A DNA stretch of 64,000 bases from Psammoneis japonica (lineage: Eukaryota), in assembly GCA_008632985.1 (NCBI GenBank), contig QPGO01000027.1:434001-498000 (forward strand), given 5' to 3'. Position numbers and translations under genes: made by a program. The stretch's first letter is position 1. Each line of letters begins with the position of its first letter. The notes under the pieces are model-generated. The model saw only the letters and a program-made list of their open reading frames with translations, made no database searches and was not told where the DNA came from. Shown here piece after piece: positions 13,408 through 24,994 of the stretch.

Positions 13408-15530
13408 CTCTTCTGCCGTGTGTTGTTTCTCCCACAGCTCTCGTGAAAATGGCACTCAAGCCACCAAAGCTCAACAATGACAAAAGAGAGTGTGCAAACT
13501 TTGGCATCTCTTGCCCCAGTGTCCTTGATCAGGGTGAGCTCAACACAAGGATCTTTCCCAGTCTGAGCTTGTTGTGGTGTAAAGTTGGCGTGCACAAAGA
13601 GGCACCCATCGGATGATGCAGGAACTGGGGGAAAGCAATGCCTTTTGAGCTTGTCACATGTTGCTGGATTCTTTCCATTGATTTGATGACATCAAAATTT
13701 GCACAAAAGTTTTTGAAAGCAAAGGACATGCATTTGTGGGCTTGTCCTGACAAAGTTGCAACTTGGCTGTGCACTCCACTTTCTCGTTTGTTGCTGGTGC
13801 CTCTGTCTGCAACATCATGTGCCTTCCCATGTGGTTTGCCAAGATTGTTGGTTCATGGCTGCATGTGGGGTGTTGTTGACATTGTCAATGAAGCACCAAA
13901 GCTTGAATTCAACAAGGGTGGTCCTGGTTTCTGCCCCACCCCCCAAGCAAGCAGGTGGAAATTGCAAACGATTTTGAGGACAAGAAGGAGTGAGGATGCT
14001 GGATTCTCCAATGTTGTTGGCATGGCAGCAACAGATGGAAGGCCAGCTTGGACAACCCCCCCCCCCAGTCAAAGCAGCAAGTGCAAAGAGATGTGCTGCT
14101 GCAAGGAGTCTTTCCACTGTGTTTGAAAGGACAAGCATGGCACAACTCTTCTGGCGGCTGACATGTGGACATGAAACCAGGCTTTGACCAGCCTCCACAA
14201 AGCTGCCTGACCATTCCTCCTCAGACTGCTTTGCTTTGGTCCATTCTGGTTGTTTGCCAGGGTCAACTGAGAATGGTGATGCCCCTGTTGTGAAGGGCAA
14301 GACATTGGCTGGCAATGCAGCCTTTGTCAAGGCTTCATTCATGGCTGCTCCTTTTTTGGGTCAGGCCTTCTTGTGGCGGTGTGAAGGATGCCTGCAATTT
14401 CCATTCATCTTCACTTGGTGACATGATTGAGAGAACCTTGGGGTCCTTGTCTGTTGCTGGGTGCTTCTTTGCTCATCCTCTCTCATGGTTTCTGTTTCAA
14501 GGGTGCCTGCTCTCATTTTGGCTCTGATGAGGCTGCAGCCCACTTCTGGACTGCACAGATGAAGATGCTGGCAAGAACATGCCAACCACCACAAAAGATG
14601 CTGGGACAGGCACCAGCTCTTGTGTGCTTTGAGCTCAAGCCAATGGCAAAATGGGTGTTGGGGCACCTCCTGCCACCCCAGCTGACCTTGACAAGCACAG
14701 CTGTCCATTGAATGGGGGGGGAATCACTTGTCATCAGCCAAGAGTGCAGCTGGCTGAGTGGGCCCCAGTGGATGATGTGGTTGACCACATTGATGGCGAC
14801 CTGAGTCTCTGACACCCTTGTCATGCCAGAAAGTGCAGGCAATGTCCCAAAGCTGAAATTGACCTTGCCACATCAGCTTTTAGAATGTGTGGCCAAAAGC
14901 AACCTTGCCGCATTTTGCAATGATTGAATTTGGGGTGTGTGGCCCAAAGTGACCTGATGGCATTCTTGCACTCATGCAGTGCAAGTGATCTCCCAGTTCT
15001 TGTGCCATTTGCCTTAGAAAGTGAGGCCTGGTTTGCCCTTGTGGTGTTGTGGCACTCACTTCTTGTGGAGAGTGTGCGACGGGAAGTGAGACCTTGCGGC
15101 GCGGCATCGTTCGCTCAAAGAATGTGAAGCAGTGTTGCAGCATTCTCAACATGAGGCAACAAAGTCCTTGGAAGAGTTGCAAGTTTGTTGAAGCAGATGT
15201 TTCACTTGCCACTGTGGCATTGGTTTCACTGGCTTCCTTTTCCTCATGCGCTCCCTCTGGCTCAACACTCAACCAGCGCGCTCAAGAATTGCCCATCTTG
15301 CTCGAGGTCTCAAGGCTGGCACAACCTCCCCTCTCTCAGTCACTTGACGTGACTCCTGTGTCACTCCTTGTGGGCTTGCCAGATGCAAGGAGTGTGTCGC
15401 CAGCTGGGGAGTGGAAGGTGCTCGACGTTGCCTCGTTCTCCAATTCACGCCTCAGTGACCAACACGTCAGGGAGTCTCGCGACAGATTGACAGACCGCAC
15501 TGTTTCTTCGATGATTTTCGTTCGTCCTTC
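13300..15530. other. TpA/CpG-depleted degenerate domain (unidentified repeat or gene remnant), with a (CT)n microsatellite at ~13377-13404
   Basis: Only a handful of TA dinucleotides in ~2.2 kb and Cys/His-rich broken ORFs. Family not recognised. Confidence 0.6.
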
Positions 15531-15716
15531 TTCCGTATCAGCCTGTCATACAACGAGCAACGACAACACACACACACACACAACACACAACACTGCTGCG
15601 AAGACACAGGCTAATACTGTACTCTAAGACGAGAGCTTCATCACCCATCCTGCAGTACTTGTAACGAACTATGGTTCTTGTATGCTCCCATACTAAAATT
15701 GAAAAACCATCGGGAA

Positions 15717-17363
15717 ATGGAGGAATCCAAGGAGTTCGACGACCTTGAATTAGACGAGAAGTCTGGGAGCGAGGGGTCACAGGCAAGCGATGAAGGAACA
15801 CAGAAAGTGAAAGCACAGAAAAGAGCGAAGCAAGCGCCTCTGCATCAACACTACGTAGTCCCTTTGTCGTTTCTCGTAGATGCTGTGAGATCGGACAACT
15901 TCATCAAAACAAAGAGGACGCGCACCCCTTTTGGAGACAATCTTGAGGCCTACGTGCGCCCGTGCTATGAAGACTTTCTGCGACTAATTCTCCAGAAAAG
16001 AAAAGTGTGCGTCGACAAGCTAAAGAAGAATCATCGGCGTAAGCGATCAACACTTTTCGTCATCCGCGGCTCTTCTGGGATTGGTAAATCAACTTTTCTT
16101 GCCTATTTAATCGGTCGTACTCGCTCGGGTAAACGCTTTTCTAATGTTGCTATATTCTACGGATCCAAAAGCTCCAAGACGATCACGGGCGATCCGATTC
16201 TATCCGAAACGAAATGCTACGTTATGCTGAATGGCGAAACTGTCGTTGAGGGGAAATATGGTGATGTAGGCAGCCAAGTGGAGAAATATGTGCCCAATAT
16301 CGACCTCATTATCATGGATGGATGTTCCATGCCCCTTGAGTTGACCCAGTTCACTGGCGTTTTGGTTGTCGCTGGGTCACCGAGCTTGTACGTGAAGAAT
16401 CTCATCGATTCCATTATTGATCATTATTTGTTGACAATGCCTCCGTTGCTTGACAAAGAGGCACTGGAGATAGGCGACATGCTAGGAGTGGAAGAATCAG
16501 TTGTACGAGAGAATTTGGAGAGCATGTCAGGAATTACTCGCTATCTCTTCGAGCCTGGTCTTGCGAAACGAAAAGTAGAAGAGGCTGTCGAGGAGGTGAA
16601 CTCGTCATGCATCGCAAGGATGGTATCAATGCAGGCGTCGGACAGGGCCGAAAATCGTGTTATGGTTCATTCTCTTGTCCTATGGAAGATTGGCAGAGAT
16701 TTTACGGCCACCCCCAGCTTTGAGTTGGTTTCGCGCTACGCCGAAAGGTTAGTAGCCAAAAAGCTTTGTCTCGAGTCCGCGGCCAAGCTGAAAAGTGCAA
16801 TGCAGGATATGGCGCCACTCTCGGGGGCCGAAGGGTATGCAGGCGCTCTCTTTGAGGCGTTTGCTATCCGAACGATTCAAGCGGGATGCACTCTTGAAAT
16901 GCGCTCTCTGGAAGATGGAAGAACGGTCAAAACACTTTGTATCCCACCCTTCAGCTCAGATCCAGTTGTAGTTGAAAACAACGACTTGACAGAAAGCATT
17001 GTTCCTTACGACGATGTTCGCGTCTCCGATCCGGAGTCAGGGCAGTTTTCAACGCGTCTCCTATGGCCCACTACCACCAATTTTCCAACGTTTGATTGTT
17101 TCTACTTCCATACAACCGGCGAGGTATTTCCGCTCCAAATGACCATCACAAGGATCCACGACTTGAAGAATAGCGGTGCTGCAAAGACCAAACGCTACTT
17201 TGACGGGATGCTCAGAGCTCGTAAGCCCCCAAAATATCCGGCTGTGTTTGTTGTGCCGACGGACATAGCTGCAGGATTCATGAAGCAGAAGTTCACCGGA
17301 CAGGTTAGCAAAAAGAATGCAGACTTTGGACCTTATTTTGAACAATGGGTCATGGGAGTTTGA
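15717..17363 (+). CDS. Crinkler/RHS-like protein: P-loop NTPase plus C-terminal restriction-endonuclease-like domain
   Basis: Intronless intact ORF. YVRPCY motif, Walker A GSSGIGKST, Walker B-like LIIMDG, GALFE helix and PTTTNFPTFDCF...LQMT...H, typical of CR-NTPase/CR-REase proteins. Confidence 0.75.
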   Translation: MEESKEFDDLELDEKSGSEGSQASDEGTQKVKAQKRAKQAPLHQHYVVPLSFLVDAVRSDNFIKTKRTRTPFGDNLEAYVRPCYEDFLRLILQKRKVCVDKLKKNHRRKRSTLFVIRGSSGIGKSTFLAYLIGRTRSGKRFSNVAIFYGSKSSKTITGDPILSETKCYVMLNGETVVEGKYGDVGSQVEKYVPNIDLIIMDGCSMPLELTQFTGVLVVAGSPSLYVKNLIDSIIDHYLLTMPPLLDKEALEIGDMLGVEESVVRENLESMSGITRYLFEPGLAKRKVEEAVEEVNSSCIARMVSMQASDRAENRVMVHSLVLWKIGRDFTATPSFELVSRYAERLVAKKLCLESAAKLKSAMQDMAPLSGAEGYAGALFEAFAIRTIQAGCTLEMRSLEDGRTVKTLCIPPFSSDPVVVENNDLTESIVPYDDVRVSDPESGQFSTRLLWPTTTNFPTFDCFYFHTTGEVFPLQMTITRIHDLKNSGAAKTKRYFDGMLRARKPPKYPAVFVVPTDIAAGFMKQKFTGQVSKKNADFGPYFEQWVMGV

Positions 17364-17649
17364 GACATCCACCCTCTAGCGTGTCAATTGGGTGTTTGGC
17401 CTCTAGTGATAAGTAAGTAATCATGCTTTAATAGGGCTACTGGTTGACCCCTCCAACCTCTCCAATCGCAGAGGAGGAGCGTGCTAGCCACCACGACTTG
17501 CAGATCGTAGAGGGACTGTTTTTTGCGGAAACGCGGTCGACGAAGCGTGTGACGACCGGAGTGTTTTGTTTTCGGGAAACATTCTGGATGGAGATCCTGC
17601 GGTGTTTCTCGACACTGTTCAAAGACAACCATGCATTCTAGCACGTTGA

Positions 17650-19350
17650 TGAAGATGATGCTGTGTGCCCGTTTCTTGTTGTATGGCATCGCATTGCTCC
17701 TTCTACTCTCCTCTGACCTCAGGGATGCTTTGAACCAACCCACGCCCAAGAGCCATCATCGACCCCAACAATTGCAGTTCCTTTTGGATTGGGCAAAGGT
17801 TCAACATGGAGCCTGCATGCCCGACAGCATCAGCTGGACCAAGACATGGATCTGGTCTTTGTGGTGTCTCCCGATGTTTCATGTCCACCTCAACAGCAGA
17901 ACTGTCACCATCCCAGCGTGTTGGGTGGGAGCATCTCAGTGAGGCAGAGCATGCCATGGTGACCACCTCTCACAAGTTGAGATGAAACCCAGCCATGGAT
18001 TGATGGAGCACAACAAAGTGACTTGAGGACAACACTGAGGAAGATTGCCCAGAGCAAGAATTGGGGTGAATCATTGCAGCTCTGCCTGGATTGGAGAGAG
18101 ATGCACTCCCAAGAGGTCCTGACAATGCATCTTCTGCCAAATCTTGTTCTTTCTTTGACAATGGTGAAAAACTCCACGTCACACCAGTTGTCAAAAGATT
18201 GTCCAAAACAATGTCAGATGGACCAGTTGCTCTCCATGTTTTGCTTGTTGTTGTTGGTTCTAGAGAAATGCAGAAAGGGTGAATCTGGCAGTCTGTGGCA
18301 TCTTTGGCTTCAATCTTTGCCAAACACTTTCATCACTGGGCCATTCTGGGGTGAGTTGGAGCTGGAACATGTGAAACAAAACTCGTCACAGGTCCAGGGT
18401 CTGCAACACCTTGAAAAGCAGTTGGAAACACTCCAAGTCATGTTCAATGAAGTGATCACACCCACAGCATGCTGCAAGTCCAGCAGGCAATGTCAGCTGT
18501 TGCTTTGCACAAGACCCCGCGGCACATCTCACACAGTTCAAAAGGGTGTTCCTGCTTGTGCTGCTGCTTGCTTGGGGGACATGCTCAGCCACTGTGGCAG
18601 GAGAGCCAGTGGTGCTGCATGTCCCATGCAAGAGTCCTCTGATGAGACCTTGTCACCGCTGCATGTCACTTTCCACCCAACTTCCTTGGTGTGAGCTGTG
18701 GTGAACAAAGCTCCACTTCCCACTTCTTCTGTGATTTGGGCTCTGCAACACTGCAAGTCTGACCACACTTGCAGCACCAATTGCGCACAGCTTCTCCATG
18801 AATGACACAGCTCTTGCGATGGCAGGCTGGCATGGTTTTTGGCAATGTGTGCTGAGAGTGGTGGCATTTTAAATTGAGTGCATGGAGTGCTGATGCTCTT
18901 TTCCATGTCATGCTGAATGAAGGTGCAGGTGGCCATGAACCCCACAACAGATGTTTGTAAACCCTGGCTGATGATGGCAAGAGGCGGCAGAGATTCATCA
19001 GGGCTGCTGCTCAAATGTTTTGGAGAAGCTCTCATTTCTCACAGAGTCTGCCCTCATCATCTCTGGCACTGGTTGTTGGCCTCTCCCAGAAGAAAGAATG
19101 GGCAAGCATTTTCTTGCCATGCACTCCAATTGAGAGATGCTCCATCCCATGGCTTCATGGTGCATGTGCACAAGGAACATCCATCAGAAGCTGCTGTGGT
19201 GGCTTGAGCAGCCCCCGAAGCCATTTTGGAAACACTGCCCAAGGGGGGGGGTTGCAGCACCACTCTTGGCTCTCCTCGTACAATGTTCCTCAACAGCTCT
19301 GCAACATCTCAAGCCAGATTTTGCTTGCACTGCATCTGTGGGGCCATTGT
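17650..19350 (+). pseudogene. Degenerate SET-domain (Rubisco-LSMT-like) lysine methyltransferase gene
   Basis: Fragments QFLLDWAKVQHGA, LLVLEKCRKGESGSLWHLWLQSLPNTFITGPFWGELELEHV and a downstream ..GWHGF (expected YGF). Frameshifts and stops present. Confidence 0.6.
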
Positions 19351-20253
19351 TGCAGCTTGATTCTCACTCTGCCTTGTGTGGGGATGATGCCCTTGTTGTC
19401 CAAACATGAGCTGGCAAAAAGGAGAAAAGAAATTGACCCAGAGGCATGAGCTGACAATTGGGCCCAAGAAAGAAAAAGAAAAAAGTGGCTGTGCACATTA
19501 AATGGGCAATGCTGAGCTGTGTGTTTTTGTTCTTGAAACTTTTCTTGCTGTGCTGGAGCTTGTTGCTCTGCAGCTGTTGACTGTTGCCATTTTCTGTTTC
19601 CAGTGGGAGCATGTTGTTGGCTTGGAGTGGCAGTTTTCATCCTTGGCTGCATGGTTGCATGTCATTTGTTGCTTCATCATGTGTCAAGCTGTTTGGGAGA
19701 ACACTTGCACTGAGCAAAAAACCAAATGATTTGTTTGCTCTTTGCTTGCAGATGCAGAGCTCTTGCAAAAACATGGTGATGGGTCAAAGCACAATCATGT
19801 GTGTCTGACTTTTGCAGTTGTGCAAGGAAGATCATTTTCACAATGTTGCTTGCCAGCTGCAGTGCATGGCCAGATGGATCAGAGTTGTTTGACCATTTTT
19901 GAAAATTGTTTGCATGATGTGGCCAAAAGAAAATGTCTGAATGCCACCTCACCCATTGAAGCTGTGTGCAGGCCACAACCAAAAAGACAACTCATGGTTT
20001 GGCTGATGACATTGGTTGTTGGACCAGCTTCGTCTGGTGGGGCAACAATCTGACATTGTGCGCAAACACGCACATGACAATCTTGCCCACAATGCCAAAA
20101 TTTTTTGCATTCAATGCCAAAATTCTTACACGGTGTGCAAGAAATCTCACTTCTGATGTAAATTTTTTTGTCATGCATTGCAAGAAAATTCAAATGTGAT
20201 GACCATGCAGATGATGTTCCCAACTTTTTGAAGTGCAACACTCTGCCGCTTTT

Positions 20254-23200
20254 CACCGTGTGACAAATTACCTCACGACCAGTCCCCAATTTACGTTGCA
20301 TTCAAAATGTGCTTTAAATGCAACAAGCACAGGCATGACATTCCCGACTTTTTTCAGAGTGACACTGTGTCACTTTTCGCTGTTTGACATTTTGGCACTC
20401 CAGTCAACGAATGATTCACACTCCATTTTAGTTGTCACTGCCACAGTGAGTTGAATTTCCTGGTTAATTTTGCTGCTGTCATCACATGCTGGTGGCTGCA
20501 TGCCAGCAAATGTTGCTGTCATGCCTCCTCCCATGTGCTCGTGCAATCCTCAGCTGCTTCCGTGGGTTGTCATTCACTCTGCCTCCTCGAGAACCCATTC
20601 GTGTTGAAGCACTGTTGTCAGTTGCTGCTGCTCCTGGAGTCTCTTCCTCTGAGTCCCCCTGTTCATTGTTCTTTCCTGTGGCCTCCTCCTTGCTGTTGCT
20701 CCAATCAGTTTTCGGAGCAGCCCACCCCCTCATGCCACCCTTCTTTTCTTCTTTCTTTTCTTGCCGCACGCACTCTCTGATTTCTGTCTGAAGGTGCTGT
20801 GCATCAACTCTGCTGTGTTTTGTTCTCTCCTCTGCCACTGCATCATAGAGTTTGTTGTGTTGGTCGAATCCCGTCCTTGAACCATCCTTGATTTTGCCTG
20901 GCCCCTTTCCCCTGAAAAGTGCACTTTGGGGGCACGGGCTGTGTCGGCTCTTGTGGCACCTCTCCTTCCTTGTTGAATTGCTCTTTGATCTCCACCACAG
21001 CTGCCGCCATCTTTGTGGCAGTTGTCGTGCATTGGCCTTGCAAAAGCTTCCGCACTTGTTGTCAGCCAATTGCTGACACCTTGGTTGTCCACTGTCTTGA
21101 AGTGCTCCATTCCAGCCGCAATGGAGCAGCAATTTTCCAAGAACCAGCAGTGCATTTGTGGCAATGCCCTGCCCTTTTGATGTCTTTGATGCTTTGCATT
21201 CCTTCACATCCAGCCATCTCCAAGCAAGAGCCAATGGGTGAGAACACCGTTCCATGTCATCCATGCGTTGCCTGAGTTGCACTTGCCAACCATCTTCTTT
21301 CTAAAAACCTCCTGCCTGTTGTTTCTTCTCCTGTCTGGTCTTTTCCTCACTTTCTTTTTGTTTTCTTCCCACCAAACTGCGCAGTCACTCATGTCAACGT
21401 TGAGGTGTTTGCAAACCTTTTTCTGCATTTTGCTGCCAAAAGCCAGCTCAATCTTGTTGTGCATCACAAACTTTGTCTTTGGGCACACAGCTGCTGCAAT
21501 GCAGTCAGTCATCTGGTCATCCATAAACTTCCTTTTTGCTGCCTCTGAGCTGAGGAGCAACATTCCCACAATCTCCACATTGTGAGATCCTGTCTCTGCT
21601 GTGTCATGTGTGCCAACTGCAATGAAGAACACAATCTGTGTCAGCATGCAAACCCGTTTGTGCATCAGTGCTGTTCTTGCCACAATGCATGCACCTGATG
21701 AATTGCTTCACACCAACATGTTTGCCCGCCCTTTTTCACGTGTTGTGGCGTCAAAATTTCTCCCACAGAATCGAACCCCGATCTAGGGTGCACCTGCCAT
21801 CATGCCTGTTTGCCCTTCTTAATTTCGCTCTTTCTCTTTGAATGCAAAATTTTTCAAATGTGTCATTGTCACACACACATCAATGCATTTTGCACTCCAT
21901 TTGAATGGCGTGTTTTGCCGTTTGCCACTCCACAACATGTGTTCCCTCAAGATTTCATGAATTTCTTGAAGCTCCGTGCCACTGCATCTCATTGCATGCC
22001 AGATTTTTTGCTTTTGCAGCCGGCTTGCAACATGAACTGCCAGCCCTTGCTTTGCCGTCTGGGTCCCCATGCTGCACAGCAGTTGCCAAAATCTAAATTT
22101 TGTAAATGGGGCAATGGCCCAGGCATTCCTCCCCAGGAAATGTGCAGCATCTTCAAATGAAACAGTTGCAGCATGTGTTTGTGTGTCCTTTGTTTTGTGC
22201 AATGAACAACATCCAAAACTGCATCTTCTTTGGTGACCATGTTTCACCGCAACACACAAACTGTTTCTCTCAGCTCAGTTGCCAGTTTGCACCCTCTCCT
22301 TGCCACCACATCTGTTCCCACCTTCTGTGTCATCTTTGTGCTCCACCTTTCACTCAGCGTCTTGTCTCCCTCCCCTTCCGATGGGACTTGATTGCAAAAA
22401 TGACAAAATCTCTCGGCAACGTGTGCATTTCCAACCCAGTCAGTGCATCAGCAAGAGGATCTTGACACACAAGAAGGTCTCTTCTGATGGATTGTCTCCT
22501 GCTGACACAAATCATTCATTCCGGACTCTTGACATGGATGGATTTCTCAACACACTTCCCGCTGGCCAAGCTTTGGTCATTTGGCCAAGAGCGCTGCATT
22601 GCCACTCAACGGTTTGCACTGACTCACATCTGTCATCTGCGCTGAGGGAGGCAGCAGAGAGGAGTTGTCATCACAGACAGCCACACAAAGAAGATGGGCT
22701 GGTGCTGGGAGAAAATCTCTAATCTGCAAAAGAAAGCACCTTCATGTCACAGACAGGTTGGAAAAGCACTCACGTGCGGGCATGAAGGGTGGTTCTTCAG
22801 TTGGTTCTTGTGTGGAGGGACTGTTGATGAAATCCCTGGACATGTCAGCAGAGTTTTGCTCTCACTTGGACCGTTTTGGTTGGTCAAATTCTTGCCATTC
22901 ATTGCTGTTTCGTGCCAATGCCACTGAAGAAAATCTGAGAACCAAAGACAGCAAATTGGGTGCTGCCATTGAAACAACATCAGACAATCCAAGTGGCTGT
23001 GACAGAACATTTTCAAGCAAAACTCCTGAAGCCCAACATTTTCCAGCAGCAGCTGGAGACACATGCTGCGATGAACCCCTCTTTTCCAATCAAGCTCAGT
23101 TGGACAACCATGATTTTGGAAGTTTCAAAAGCTCAGCAGATGAGGCAGAAATCTCTGCCACAGCAGATGCAAATGTCAACAATGGTGTGCTTCTCATTGG

Positions 23201-24994
23201 CACGGTGTTTGGTGACAAAACAACTGACACAAACACCCAGGAATGCACAGACACAGCACATTGTCAGGCACTGGTTGATGCTGGTTTCAATGTCTGCACT
23301 GTTGACCACCGTGATGCAGACACTCGAAATCCAAATCACATGAATGCCGACGTCCGTGCTCTTTCTCGTTCTGACACTTGGACAGCAAATGAATGTGCCC
23401 ACAACTCCATGTTGATGGATGCAGTGACCTTGCCAAAGTGGTGCTTCAATGACAGCATCGTGACAAATTCCTTTTTCAGTCAATCCTTGACACAATTCCG
23501 TCAAAAGCTGTTGGACATTGGCAATGTTTTTCTGCCTGTCAACGTGCAGACAGCTGAGTGTCTTTACAAAAACTGGCCTGTGGTTGGTGAAGTCTGGATT
23601 GTCAGACATGTGTGCTGTGATCAGTGGGAGGAAAAGCCCCTTTTCCATCCCTTGGCAGTTGTGCAACTGGACAATTGTGGAACGGAAGGAAATGTGTGTC
23701 ACCACAGCAATGATTTTGGAGTTACGTTGTTGGAGGTTAGCTTGTCTTTGTGTGCTCTGTTTTGTTCTCAGTTGCTGTTTGCCAGTTCTGACCACTTCTC
23801 CATGCTTTCAACTGCTTGTCATTCATTTCTTTCCAGATGAAGGGGTTGGTTTCTGAGACCAACATGAATCAGGATCAATGTCAAGATTGGAGAGATCTGC
23901 AAAAAAGGGGTCATTGAACAAATCCTGCAGTTGAAGGGAAAAGTCGCACACAGGGATGCCAGGAGAAAGCTCCTGGGGCGGGTTGTTTTTGAATTGGTCA
24001 ACAATGGACACAGGCTCAAGGGGGATTTGCATCAGCACCGGAGCGACAATGCTGGGCAACATCAGCTTGAGCTTCAACATGAAAGTTTGAGAAGAAGGAA
24101 TTTGTTGGGTCACAGACAACCCACCACTCTTGAGAACTCTTGAACAGTTCTCAGAAGTTCATCAGCTGCACTGATTGGGTTGCAAACTTTGGGCACCACA
24201 AGGTCCTTGTCAGCGGAGAGGTGCCCCACTTGATCCAGTGTGTCAAAAGAGCCTGATTCAGCAAACAGGGTGGCAGCCCCTGGGGAGTCCAAAGCGGATT
24301 CACCACAATGAAATGGATTGGAAACAAATTCTTTGTTGTCAGGGAACTGGCACTCTGAAACATCATCAGGTTGGGGCACAACGGCATGGGAACACAGCGC
24401 AGCTCTGGTTCAGATGAAACTGCACAATGGGATTGCAAAGGCCGGGGATTGAGTTGAGTGTGACCTTGTGGAGTTGGCCCGGTGTTGGCGTGGGACCCAG
24501 CAGTTGCAACAAATTCAATTGGAGGAGAGCCGAGGGCAGAAGAGGCAGCAACGTCCCCCGGTTCTTTGGATTCTCCCATTTGCGAGTGTCCACCATGAGC
24601 ATTGCCTGATTGATGGGAAGAAATGGCACAAAGGCTTTGAGAAAAGGAGAGTTTGCAGGGAAGATGAGTTCTTGGGTGGTGCTGAAGACCAGTTGGGAGG
24701 AAACGTTTGCCACACATGGGACAATCATTTCCAATGGTGAAAGGGGGCACCATTGTTCATGTGGAAAAATTGAGATGAGAACAAGTGGGGCAAGGCCCGT
24801 GGCAAAAACGACACGTGGCAGGTGACAAGATTGTGTTGGACAAGTCAACTGACATGTCAGCGTGCAACATTGTGCCTTGATTCAATGCACAACATCAGTT
24901 GTCTGCACACCAGCATGTGGTGCTTGAATCAAACAATTGACACCACAAGACAAATCTGACTGACCGCAGTGACGGAAATTTTGTCACGCTGGTG
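20254..24994 (-). mobile_element. Degenerate DNA transposon, Plavaka/CACTA-like (tentative)
   Basis: Minus-strand C2H2-like start (CPMCGKRF..LQHH, ~24730) and transposase-like VCDFSLQLQDLFNDPFFADLSNL (~23950). Accessory ORF remnant 21683-20480 (KTKF..WWEENKKKV..RRNN; SNWLTTSAEAFA..DN). Imperfect inverted ends CACCGTGTGACAAATTACCTCAC (20254) and revcomp CACCAGCGTGACAAAATTTCCGTCAC (24994). No TSD seen. Confidence 0.45.
22665..23840 (+). pseudogene. 391-aa degenerate ORF inside the putative DNA transposon (cargo gene remnant, unknown function)
   Basis: C-terminal half looks like a globular alpha/beta protein (VLLIGTVF, GFNVCTVD, MLMD...P, GNVFLP) but has a single Tyr and many Cys/His, the domain-wide mutation signature. 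Confidence 0.4.
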
